DNA of 63,002 bases, filler included. It is 13 parts of 13 records of this genome, joined end to end, with 100 filler letters (N's around TTAATTAATTAA, not from the genome) between each part and the next. Parts side by side here need not be neighbours in the genome. Positions count along the whole stretch, not along the records: positions 21,296 to 28,094 come from SRR15195285_5438; positions 28,195 to 31,338 come from SRR15195285_5439; positions 31,439 to 35,074 come from SRR15195285_5443; positions 35,175 to 38,713 come from SRR15195285_5444; 9 more parts are not named here. One strand, 5' to 3'. The notes under the pieces were generated by a model, which did no database searches, was not told the DNA's origin, and saw only the letters and a program-made list of their open reading frames with translations. Numbering within the stretch: position 1 is the first letter of the stretch; every line of letters begins with the position of its first letter. This document shows positions 24,788 to 35,683 of this stretch, one piece after another. Both the position numbers and the translations under genes were made by a program.

Positions 24788-27700
24788 CTAGGGATAGCTC
24801 CAAACCGTCAGCTGGCCCGTCCAGTCAGGTCCTCGCACGCTCCTTCCCTGCAGGTCCGCCGTGGCTGTACCACCAGCTTGATAATCAGCGGTTGGAACGG
24901 TGATCTGCATCAGTGTGATCGGGTCTGAGCCACCTGGTCCAGCAGATGGGTCCATCCAAAATACTGCGACGTTTTCCTCATGTAGTGCAGTCTCAGCTGT
25001 CCACGCTGTTCCTAGATTAAAACCAGGTGATACCGACATCGCGCCTGGCTGACTGCCGTCCGTCACCCCAATTGTAAGCCAGGAGTCGAATTCAGCAAAA
25101 CCCAGGGCAGCATTGTTGGCAATCGCGTAGAATGCTGGATTGACGCCTCCGATGTCTGCGCCGAACGGTACGGCGCATTGGTATGCAGCAGGCACACTAA
25201 GTGGGACGTCTGCACTTGTGCCGGCCATTGCATACACATTTTGTTGCGTGGCCGTTAGCGTCACGGACATCCGCATCGTTGTGAAGCCGTCAATTGAAGC
25301 GGCCATAACTTCGACTTCGCCAGGAAAGCCTGTCTCCAGCTCCGGCTCCGGCTCCGGCTCATTCTCGCAGCATACCAACGGATCGCTCGACACGGTGGAA
25401 TTGGCTTCAGCAACTAGCTGTTTGCTGATAGGACAAGATGTGTCGAGTTCTGCCAGCGCGTTGCCCGCACACAAGGCGCACGACACCGAGTGTCCTGGCA
25501 GTGTACAGGTTGGGGTGCAGTAGCCACACGATACATCACAGTGTCCTGAGAAGGGACGGCCTGGTGCAAACCATCTGTCACAAGGAAACTCAGGCATATC
25601 TCCGCCCATGAGTGCCTCACATGGCGCCTCTGCTTCGCCTTGATGGTGCAGAACGTCTTGTAAATCGTGTCCAGAGCCTAGCAGATTGTCTATCGCTTCC
25701 TCATCTAACCAGTCTGGTGGATCGTTTCGTACGCTACAGCAGTCCTCTGTGTCCTGACATTGTGCTGTTGCGAACTGACACGTTCCACCAATGTAGCCTC
25801 GGTCACACTCGCACGAGCCATCGACGCAGTTGCCGTTGCCACAGTCGATTGTAGCGCAAATGTCCACCTCCTCGCAGAATCCACATGCAAAGTCGCACTG
25901 ACCTTCGTGGGCTCGTCCTGGCGCGAAATGTTGGTTGCACGTCAGAACACCAGCCTGCAATGCCCTCGTGCACGTTTCGAGCCCGTCTTCAGTGTCCCAG
26001 AAATCAGTCGAGGTCGATAGCATGAAGTTTCGGGCTGAGGCAACAAACCGCGTCGAAGACAGTGTGTAGCAACAAGCGGGGTCGTAGGTGTCGGCTCCGG
26101 CTGAGCATTGCTGAGTGGTGAACTGGCACTCGCCACCAATGAATCCGTCATCGCACTCACAAGTTGCAACTCCAGTTGCCCCATTGCAATGTCCGTTTGT
26201 CCCGCAGTTAGTATCTCTACAAACTCGTTCCGGTGACTGAGTGCAGTAACCGCAGTAAAGGTCGCAGTGACCCGCAAAGACCCGGTCCGGTGCATACACC
26301 ATTTCGCATTCAAATCCGGCTTCGCTGGACCCACTGCATGCAGGATCGTCACCATCGTACGCTTCCGAGTCTCCTGTGCTGCAACAGCCACCCGGCGTTT
26401 CACAGTCAGGGCGCTCTACTGTTGGTGCTACGTAATGGGCCGTATCAGTAGACTGGCAGATACCACATGTGAAATCACACCAACCGTAATCCACAGCTGG
26501 AAAGACCCCGTGAGGGGCGAACTGGGTTGCACAGACATCTACACCCAGGTCAGCAAATGATTCCACCAAGAACTGGCAAATTCCTGGCTCAATAACTTCC
26601 CCTTGTTCGGACAGCACAGGACCATGCATCATAGCAATCATCTCGTCGACTGTACTCACTCCTGCCATGCTTTTGAAGTAGTCTGCGACAATGCGGATTG
26701 AACTCTCGCTCAAGTAGGCAGACGGATGCTCCAGCGCGTTGTTTTGGCACGCTAAGTTACACAGTCCAGAATTTGCTCCCTCACCATGAAAGTGCTCTGT
26801 GCACGTCATCGTCCCTGATGAAATCAGTGTGCTGCAAGAGCCCGGTGCGAAATTTTCTGCTGTATCAAGCTGGTCTGACACTGCGCAGCTCGAGGCTACT
26901 GCAGGGGGCGGGGGTGGTGCTGGGAGCGCGGAAACGATTGGACAAAGCCCGCAGGAGTAGTCACAGTAGCCAGCGTAGTCACCTGATGTAAACTGTGTGC
27001 AAGTGAAACCCCCTGCAAGCAATAGGTCGCATTGCCCATCTCCCATCGAGACGTCGTACAAGTTGAGTTCACATTCGCGGTTGCAGTAGCCTGCGTATTC
27101 TGCTTGGAAACCGAACAACCCGATGCATAATTGAGGCCATGCTGACCGTGGGGCCTGACCAGCCAGCAGAGAAGCACACGTTGTGCCGTCGTCAACTTGC
27201 ACGTCGTACTCGTTCACGGTCTGACACTGCGGCCAGTCATCCCAGTCGATTTCAGTCTGTTCGGCCTGATCACAGAGCTCACCGGTCCAACCTTCCGCAC
27301 ATCTGCAGCTGAAAGCATCAAATTGATCAGCGCACACTCCGTTTGCACACGGTGCTGATGAGCAGTCATCGATGTCGACTTCACAATTGTCACCTGCCCA
27401 ACCCGTAGTGCAAGCGCATGCGTACTCGTTGGCACCATCGGTACATGCGCCCTCGTGTAAGCACGGAAGAGATGAACATTCGTCAGTCTCCAATTCGCAA
27501 GTCGACCCGAAGTACCCCTGGCTACAAGTACATGAAAACGACTCAACCCCGTCCGTGCAGGCTCCCCCGTTTTCGCAGGGTTGGACGGCGCAGTCATCGA
27601 TGTTCGTGCATGCCCCATCATCGACTGACACGTACCCAGACACGCAACTGCAAGTATAGGATCCAGGACCGTCATACTGACACGTTGCCAGCACGTCGCA

Positions 27701-28094
27701 CGTGTACTCGCCAGTTGCACAAACATTGACCTCTTCGGCACAGTTTGAGCCAGAATATCCCGCCCCACACGTGCACGAGTACGAATCTACTCTGTCAGTG
27801 CACACACCGCTGTTGAGGCACGGCTGGGCTGCGCACTCATCAACATTGATGCATTCCACAGTAGCTGACACCGTACCATCGTTGCAACTTGGCTGCTCTC
27901 CTTGCAAAGCATAACCCACGTCACATTCCAGCTGGCATCCACCTAAGTGCGCAAGTGCCGTCGTGCATGTGCCGAGTGATCCGAAAACAGGTGCAACGGG
28001 TGGGTGGCAGCCCGCCGGTGCTTGAGCGGGCGGAGGAGCAGGTGGTGGTGCCGATGGAGTCCGCGGAGGAGGAGGAGGAGGAGGAGGAGAAGGA
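24788..28094 (-). CDS. Extracellular Notch-like EGF-repeat protein with sushi-like domain and repeated Cys modules (5' truncated)
   Basis: Ca-binding EGF repeats (NVDECAAQPCLNSGVCTDRVDSYSCTCGAGYSGSNC and others). Frame stays open to the contig end (Pro-rich, then GCQLECDVGY). Repeated GxCDxxCGxC modules. C-terminal domain with FDSWLTIG. Confidence 0.88.
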
Positions 28095-28194
28095 NNNNNN
28101 NNNNNNNNNNNNNNNNNNNNNNNNNNNNNNNNNNNNNNTTAATTAATTAANNNNNNNNNNNNNNNNNNNNNNNNNNNNNNNNNNNNNNNNNNNN

Positions 28195-29340
28195 GACGGC
28201 AACGACGAAACAATGCATGACAGCTGCCAGTCACTAGTTGAAAACATCTGCGAAGGAAAAACGTCTATGTCTGGAGTTGTGACATTTGACGTGGAGCTGG
28301 TCAGTCTTCCTCGCCTATTAGTAACTTCAGTCGATGACAGCGACCTGGCTGAGACCGTCAAGGGGTCGCTGTCGCAAGCGTTGTCTGCAGGTGGTATGAC
28401 TTGCAGCCCCGACGACATCACCATCATCTCCTTTGAAATGGGTTCCTTGATAGTCGAGTACACCGTCGATGTGATGCCTCAACTGGCCACACCTACGATT
28501 CGGGCGAATGCCGTTGCTGCTGTGGCCGACCCAGCGAGTTTCAATCTGCCGCCAGAAACGATGGCGATCACTGTAGATAATGGTGACGGTCAGATGGTAA
28601 CCGCCGCGGCTGCAGTGGCTGTTCCGATGTCCGTGCTGGTCTGGGTTAGAACGCCGGGGGAGTGTGCCAGCGACCTCGTATGCGCAATGTCGTGTGAGTC
28701 CGATGAAATTCTTGCGGACGACACGTATGCATGCCAGAGAGATGGTACTGTGGTGGGTGCTAGTGAATGCGAACACTGGCTGGGTGAAGAGCCAGAGACA
28801 ACATCTGTATGCTGCCCTGAAACCGCAGCGTGCACCCAAGACGAGTGCGGCTGTGCTGTAGGCGTGACCCCCGTATGCTACGACGGGGACACCCTTGACT
28901 CATTAGCGTGTAACCAATGCTGCAGCCACGACATGTGGTGTGTGCTCGATGAAAATGTGCTAGACAGCAAATGCCTTGACAGTGGTGTGGCTGATCACGC
29001 ATTTCGACTGGCCAAGGCCAACCCGAAATACACTCTAGCGATCGTGCTGGTGGTCGGAGGTCTAGTGACACTGTTCTGCATGTGGTGGTGCCGTGCAAAG
29101 GTCAAAAGCTCTGCGGACGAAAAGATCGACGATGACGAAGCAAAGATCGACGTCGTCGTAGACGATAACGAGGAGGCCGTACCGCCCGTGGAGATCAAGG
29201 ACGATGACAAGGAGGCCGCCGCGCCCGTGGAGATCAAGGAGGATGTCAAGGACTCACAAGACCAGCATAAACACAAGCATAAACACAAGCATAAGCATAA
29301 GCATAAGCACGATCATAAACACAAGGAGGAGAAGCCGTGA
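28195..29340 (+). CDS. C-terminal part of a type-I membrane protein (SEA-like and Cys-rich ectodomain, TM helix, acidic tail ending in an HK repeat)
   Basis: SEA-like ISFEMGSLIVEYTV. TM helix YTLAIVLVVGGLVTLFCMWWC. Tail HKHKHKHKHKHKHDHKHK. Frame is open from the contig start. Confidence 0.7.
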   Translation, partial: DGNDETMHDSCQSLVENICEGKTSMSGVVTFDVELVSLPRLLVTSVDDSDLAETVKGSLSQALSAGGMTCSPDDITIISFEMGSLIVEYTVDVMPQLATPTIRANAVAAVADPASFNLPPETMAITVDNGDGQMVTAAAAVAVPMSVLVWVRTPGECASDLVCAMSCESDEILADDTYACQRDGTVVGASECEHWLGEEPETTSVCCPETAACTQDECGCAVGVTPVCYDGDTLDSLACNQCCSHDMWCVLDENVLDSKCLDSGVADHAFRLAKANPKYTLAIVLVVGGLVTLFCMWWCRAKVKSSADEKIDDDEAKIDVVVDDNEEAVPPVEIKDDDKEAAAPVEIKEDVKDSQDQHKHKHKHKHKHKHKHDHKHKEEKP

Positions 29341-29462
29341 GCGAGTGAGTGGGTGGGATGGCAATGACCGCGAAAGCCTGGCAATTATCCAGGCCTCTGG
29401 CCTATCAAGAACGGGGTCCACAAAAAGCTCAGAGTTAGTATTCGAATACTGTACGTGCACTT

Positions 29463-31277
29463 TCACGAAACACACTCGGCAATCACTTCACTCATCATGA
29501 GCCTTCCTACATGCAATCCAACGCGAGTCATGTTTCCAAAGGTCTCAGTCCACCAGCTGCTCCACCAGGGCGGTGGCGCGGCTGTTGCAACCATGCGCAA
29601 GTATTTCGGTCGAGCTGTCGCCGTTGTAGTGGCGTTGAGGTGCATCAAAAACACCTCTGTCCTTGTGTCATAGACTTCTCTCGCCCACCACTGCGGCTTT
29701 AATGGCTCCCCTAGCGCTCGCCACGGACCAGATGCGGAGACTGAGCTGACTGACCATCGCACATCTGCGGGCAGCCAGGTCGTCACATTGCGAGCAACAG
29801 GCTTCGCATGATCGCCGTCCACGAAAAATACCGGTGGCGCAGCCAAAAAGTTAACGCCGAGAGACTGCAGCTGACATGTGTTGTCCTCGGGCAACTCAAG
29901 AATAACGACTGCATCTCCACCAGGCTTGAAGCCGACCCATTTCTGATCCCAGGGACTCTGGGCGCCAGTCAAACCATCGGTAAGGTTGCCATGTGCAAAA
30001 GCTGGGTCAGGTGCTCCCGTTCCTGTTTCATAGAGCACACGCCATCCAATACCTCCATGATGCACTCGACCATTAACCACTTGTCGCTCAACTTGCTCCT
30101 TGGACCCAGGAGCTGGTGGGAGCAATCCAGCTGCGCCCAGTGCTTTCGTATACGCTCGCCATTCTCTCTGTGCATCTGGTGGCCCCCACAAGGGTGGTTG
30201 CACGCCAGTTCCAACAGACAGTTGCGTGCTGGTTGCGCCGACGGCCTCTGCTGTTGCTGGCGGCTGGTAGATCGCCTCGACCGTGAATGTGATAATATTC
30301 TCGACAAAAGGTGTGACCGCATCAAGCTGGGCCAGAATTCGCGGGAACGGAGCAGGAATTAGGGCGCTACTAGCAAAGTTCGGGACGCCTTCCCAAGTGA
30401 AGGACTCCACATTGGCCCACAGCGCAGGAGTGCCAGGACTCGAGTGTGCTACTGCCAGGTTGCGGAACGCCGCTCGGCTGAGCTCCACTGGCAGTTCGTT
30501 GCGAACGCATCCCACTTCATCCTGATAAGCCACGACGTCGACATCCAATTGTTGAAGTTGCTTGATGAACGCAGGTGAGTGAGTGGCCGTCCACGTCCCA
30601 TACGGTGAAACGAACTTTCGAGCCGCAGGTGTCAGCGTCTTGGACCAGTTGGACATCGTGTTGATATAGATCATAAACGTGTCTGGGAAACACGCTCGGC
30701 ACCCAGCTGGAGGGGTCGGTGCGGGTGCTGGTAGGTTGGCTTCTTCGTGCGGCGGCGTCGTATCTGTCAGGTAGGCCTCAGAGCTGAAGTACCACCCATG
30801 GAAGGACGGCAGTTCAGTATACCCACCGGCTACGAGCTCTTTCATAATCGTGTACCGCCCCTGCATCAGCTCGGGGTCAGAGACGCCGTCCGCATCGGTC
30901 TTCGTGTATTCGCACGACAGCCAGACCTTCATGCCATGTTCAGCTGCTGCACGCATGATGACGCCAACAGCATCTGGGCATGCACCAGCCCAGCGGCTGT
31001 GCACGCTGGAGTTGTAGTACGCACCAAAGCGATCGTCGTGTACCGCTTGGAAAATCAAGAACTCTAAGCCAAACGAAGCCATCTCTTCAACTTTGCCTGC
31101 CCACGCTGCACAGCTCAACTCCAGCGTTACTTCGTTCGCGTACTTCAAGCGCCCATCGTACTGAATATCCAGAAAGCTACCACGGATCGGCTTCAATTCA
31201 TCAGTCAGTGCAGATTGTGCCGCGGCGTGCAGCCCTGGAACAGAGATTGTCAGGAGTGTGAGCAGAATCACCAGCAT
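29463..31277 (-). CDS. Secreted DUF4434-like (GH-like TIM barrel) protein with C-terminal F5/8-like beta-sandwich, intronless
   Basis: Signal peptide. Barrel motifs EEMASFGLEFLIFQAV, AAAEHGMKVWL, SFHGWYFSSE, DVVAYQDEVG, LWANVESF and PAPFPRILAQL. C-terminal LTDGLTG...WVGF...YLRMVA. Confidence 0.72.
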   Translation of the reverse strand: MLVILLTLLTISVPGLHAAAQSALTDELKPIRGSFLDIQYDGRLKYANEVTLELSCAAWAGKVEEMASFGLEFLIFQAVHDDRFGAYYNSSVHSRWAGACPDAVGVIMRAAAEHGMKVWLSCEYTKTDADGVSDPELMQGRYTIMKELVAGGYTELPSFHGWYFSSEAYLTDTTPPHEEANLPAPAPTPPAGCRACFPDTFMIYINTMSNWSKTLTPAARKFVSPYGTWTATHSPAFIKQLQQLDVDVVAYQDEVGCVRNELPVELSRAAFRNLAVAHSSPGTPALWANVESFTWEGVPNFASSALIPAPFPRILAQLDAVTPFVENIITFTVEAIYQPPATAEAVGATSTQLSVGTGVQPPLWGPPDAQREWRAYTKALGAAGLLPPAPGSKEQVERQVVNGRVHHGGIGWRVLYETGTGAPDPAFAHGNLTDGLTGAQSPWDQKWVGFKPGGDAVVILELPEDNTCQLQSLGVNFLAAPPVFFVDGDHAKPVARNVTTWLPADVRWSVSSVSASGPWRALGEPLKPQWWAREVYDTRTEVFLMHLNATTTATARPKYLRMVATAAPPPWWSSWWTETFGNMTRVGLHVGRLMMSEVIAECVS

Positions 31278-31438
31278 GGACGGACGAAGAGGCAGCCCTG
31301 CAATTCGGCTCAGCTGGTGGAAGTGGCACGCGTGGACCNNNNNNNNNNNNNNNNNNNNNNNNNNNNNNNNNNNNNNNNNNNNTTAATTAATTAANNNNNN
31401 NNNNNNNNNNNNNNNNNNNNNNNNNNNNNNNNNNNNNN

Positions 31439-31464
31439 AACGGGCATAATGCATTATGCCCGTT
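31439..31464. repeat. 26-bp perfect palindrome AACGGGCATAATGCATTATGCCCGTT at contig start
   Basis: Read directly. Confidence 0.95.
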
Positions 31465-31838
31465 GTCAGTCAGGTACGGTAAAGGGTCATTGCCGCAATC
31501 TGCACGCACCGCGAGATGCACCGGCTGCGGCGCGACACAAGCAACAGGGGGCTGATGCGCTGCCCAGCTGTGATACTCGTGACCCCCGGCGGGCATAAGG
31601 CTGTTAGTCCCCATGCAGCCATGCTAAACCGCTTGCCGGACCGCCCATGGTGGTCATGAAAACAACACGTTGTTCATCTCTGCCTCTCTTAACTTGGTAC
31701 CCACGAATGCGTTCAGTGACACAATAATGATTAGGGAGAAAGGATTACCTTGCAACTCATGCAGGAGTGTCACACGGCAGCCGCGTGGGAAGTGCCATGG
31801 GCGCGGTGCGGGCATGCGAGGGAGTGTCACAGAGAGAG

Positions 31839-31892
31839 CAGGGAAAAGAGTATCACGTTGCGCGGAGGGAAAAGAGCATCACGTTGCGCGGA
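31839..31892. repeat. Two near-identical tandem copies of a 26-bp unit (AGGGAAAAGAGYATCACGTTGCGCGG)
   Basis: Read directly in intergenic DNA. Confidence 0.85.
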
Positions 31893-32163
31893 GGAGGTTT
31901 TGATCATTGGTGCAAAGCCCGTTGCGGATGTGGTAGTGCAAACGGTTCAGATCCATGTCCCCTTCCCCTAGCACTCCCCGACAACCCCGCCACACATACC
32001 CACTGCACCTTGTGCAGCTCCAAGTACGCCGCGCCTATGGACTTTCAGCTTTACCACCCTGAAGGAGGGCCGAGTGCAAAACGCTGGTCGGGCGCGTAAT
32101 CGTATGAGGGTGGTAGTGCAGGAGTAGTTTGGCTAATAGATTCAACATTGCCTCAGAGAATAC

Positions 32164-34853
32164 TCATTTGTCACCCTTGCTCGTAGACGTGATGTCGGGC
32201 GGAGTCAAAAGCACAAACGCCGAGTCTCGTGGTCCGACCGTAATCTCGAACACGCCGCCCTTCACGACGGGCAAGTCTTTACGAGCCCAAATGTCCCGGA
32301 CGGTAGCGGTTCTACTCGACGTTATACCAACCTCGGCAAGCGTGATCTTGATGCCAGTATACGTATTTGACTGGTGGTTGTTGATGAGATGTACCGCTAC
32401 CGCGCCGTTTGGTTGTGGCTTTGTCCACAGCTGCAACGCCTCCCCACCACCAGCGGTTGGCGAAATATCTAGACAGACATCGTTTGGAAGTGTCCCGCGT
32501 GCGCTGTTCGTTACAAGCGTCCCCTTCTTGTCGTTGAATACCAACACTGTACCAGGCCCTACGCTACCACGCGTGAGAACCTGGCCTGGCAGTCTCGTGC
32601 AGTCACCCAAGCAGACTGCGGCGCCTTGGTACCATGCGTCGACTGTGATGCTCCTATTGTCCGTGGCAGTGATGTGGTTGTTGACGTATTTCCAGACCTG
32701 TGTCTTGTCGCCTCGATCACATCTCTTCGCGACCAACATAGAGTCACCAACATCAGTGTTGGCCTCACGTTCGCTATCTTCCAAGTATGCTAAGCAGCTT
32801 GGGTCAGGACCAAAGGTACGCCCAGGAGCTGGCCTGTTGCGATGCATCATCATCCGGTTAGCCGCGCTACCATCAAGCACAGCGAGAGCAACGATACCAA
32901 AATGATCTCTCCTTACGTGCTGATGTGGCCTGTGTCTGCTTGGTATTTCCATCCCGTCCCACATAGAGCTTGATCTGCAGTGTGCCCAAGCGACTGGGTG
33001 GTGACATAGTAGTACTCAACACTAGGAGAACTAGGCGTCCATGACTTGACTAGCGTTCCCGGATGCCCCTGGTCACCACCAGCACAACAATATGAGTCCA
33101 TACACAATCTAGTATCCAGGTCGCGGGCATGCCACGATCATCTCACCGCAAATTGCTGATTGACAGAAATAGCTTCCGGATTGCCGATGATTGGCATCAT
33201 CAAATCCACGAGAGATCGATTGCGTAGGTCGAAACCCAAATATAACGGCGCGCTGATGACACACCAGGCACCAAAGTGGGCGCGATTCTGCTCAAACGTC
33301 CGCAAATTTCCAACTTGCAGCACTGTTCAGTCGCAGACAAATTCATTCAATCGGCAACCCGAACGTTGTCTAAGGGATCATGTACGCAGTTCAATAGGCC
33401 CACTCACTGTCTGGATATGCCCAGCAGTGTGGCTGGCTTATCGGTGTATCCTTGTCGAGGTACGGCAGTGTGGTCTGCAGATTCCTGAACACCGAGGCCC
33501 ATGTCTGCCGAATGTCGCCTGATGTGCGAAATCTGTACATTCACATTCACAGCAGCAGCTGCGTAAGCATTTCTGCAAAGAAATAACACACGGTGAGATC
33601 AGGTCTGTTCACAGATTGAAGGGACACCACTCTTTGGTTGGAGCAGAGCTCCGATCCATCCCAACGCCGATGTTGTTTGATGGGTCATCGTTGGGTCCCG
33701 TCACGACACCCCAGTGGCCTGGTTGGTGCACAAGCGAGTGCTTAGTAATCTACTGGTGCAATGATATTGCAACAGATACTGCTGTACTAGTAGGTATCAC
33801 TTGTGGCGAAGCATTAGGGCGGCTCACAATTTTCAGTCTCAAACGTTTTGCCTGATTGTCGCTGCAGCTCGGCGTAGAGAGACATGTTTGTTTGCTTGCC
33901 ACAGCCATCAAGCTTGACGCTGTCGAAGCCATCGTTGACGAGGGCGCGCACATCTCCCTGCACAATCACACACAGCAAATGTGGATCTATATCGGGCATC
34001 ACAGTAGGATAGGCTGCTCATTGCCGTGACTCAACTTTGCGGACCTCATAATTGATGGTGTGCTCGGTCTTCTCTCCACAGGCACAGCCGTTTTGGTAGA
34101 ACCCCATTTTGACACCTTTGCTGTGGCCGAAATCAACTAGCGCGCTCATGTTCGGGAACTTCTTCGTGTCCTGCTTACATCCATTCTGATGATCTAGAGA
34201 CATTTTACGCGAGCAGGGCACGTGAGTATGTTGCTGATCGTACCACCATAGGGTTGCCCATCGAGTCGTGCTGAGTTCCGTTCACACCCAGGCCACAACC
34301 CTCCCACCCTGGAGCCAAGGAATCCGGGGAACGAGCCTGTCAGCGACAACGGAGGGCTGCAGAACCGGCAGCTGACGCAGACTTACCCTCGTCGATCCCA
34401 ATACTCTTGTAGCCGGCTTCCCAGAGGCTCGGGCCTGGGCCGAGAGATGTGTCCGTCGTCCTAGTCTTCGCGACCATGGCCTGGATGCTCTCGCGGATGA
34501 GGCTGTCGTCTATGTCTGCCAAAAAGCAGTTCCAACTTCTCCACGCCATGGGGGGTGCGACAGCCTCACCCTGTGGCGCGGCAGTTCGGCACCCAACGTG
34601 GTGTGAAGGAATGACCAGGCAGCGCCTCCAAGGGTCCCACGCGCACGCGCGCACTGCTGCAGCGGGCAAGCATGGGAGCCGACGCAGGGCAGTCACGCAT
34701 GCATGCGCAGGCCGCAGGGCAAGCATGGCGCTCTACAGCAACAAGGTGGCATGGAACCCAAGGAACGGCCCTGCGCACATTCCAGCCAGGTGGAAAGTGG
34801 CCGTGGTGGCCGGTCGGCAGCGAAGACGTGAGCAGTCCCAGCCCCAGCAGCAT
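32164..34853 (-). CDS. Glycoside hydrolase family 27 (alpha-galactosidase / alpha-N-acetylgalactosaminidase-like), about 10 exons, with a ricin-like insert
   Basis: Spliced product reads PPGWN|GEAVAPPMAWRSWNCF, IGIDEG|W, KFPNMSALVDFGHSKGVKMGFY, GFDSVKLDGC (nucleophile Asp), FRTSGDI (acid/base Asp), WAYPDMLQVGN, RAHFGAWCVISAPL, AISVNQ, then C-terminal LWTKP...VRDIWA. Confidence 0.9.
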
Positions 34854-35174
34854 CCTCAACGAGATACTCGATACCGCCGTCGGTATTACGTACGCAATTT
34901 CAAGCGCGCCCCGGCGCTACCAGTCTGGTGCATGGGAACTCGCTACCGGCCGCATGAGGGTGATCACCACCAGGGCCCGCAGGGCGTGTAACCATCCAGT
35001 CAGAATCATCAAAAAGTGCAACCTTTTTGCATGTGCTGGCGATGCGATGCACAGGATCAGCTCATGATCCTCGANNNNNNNNNNNNNNNNNNNNNNNNNN
35101 NNNNNNNNNNNNNNNNNNTTAATTAATTAANNNNNNNNNNNNNNNNNNNNNNNNNNNNNNNNNNNNNNNNNNNN

Positions 35175-35221
35175 GGCTCCGGCTCCGGCTCCGGCTCCAA
35201 CTCCAGCTCGGGCATCGCCAT
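35175..35221 (-). CDS. 5' fragment of an unknown gene (MAMPELELEPEPEPE), truncated by the contig end
   Basis: ATG followed by an EP repeat, divergent from the gene at 35684. Confidence 0.4.
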
Positions 35222-35683
35222 TTTCCGCGTGTCGACGACTGGACGGCGGTGGACGTTGCGGCTTCGCGTACTCCGTACTGCCTGTGCCTCTACGGTACTA
35301 CCTAAGGTATTACATATTCGAATAGTACACGTGTACTCACTGGTGTACGCATGCGCGCCAACGCCTCGCCGCGGCGGTGGCGCGTGCGCCGGGCGCGCCG
35401 CGCTGCTGGGGAGTCCGGCGGCGCAGTCCGAGCAGCTCTGCAGGCCTCTAGATCTGCTGCTCGTCGCGAGGAGCATTTTAACTGCTATAGTGCTACCGGT
35501 ACCAGCGAGTGTCAACATCATAAAGATAAACCCACAACATCGAACGAACCCTCCGCGTCGCGGGGGGCCGCTAGAAACTCCAGTATATCCCGCTGGATAG
35601 ATCCACTAGTACTCCGTCAAGTACCGCGGGGGGGCGGAGCGCGTGCGTGCAAGGGTTGCAATACTCGCTTGCGGGTGGGCCGT

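Noticed and set aside
29463-34853. DUF4434-like and GH27 genes as a polysaccharide-utilisation cluster
   Set aside because: They are on different contigs (spacer 31339-31438).
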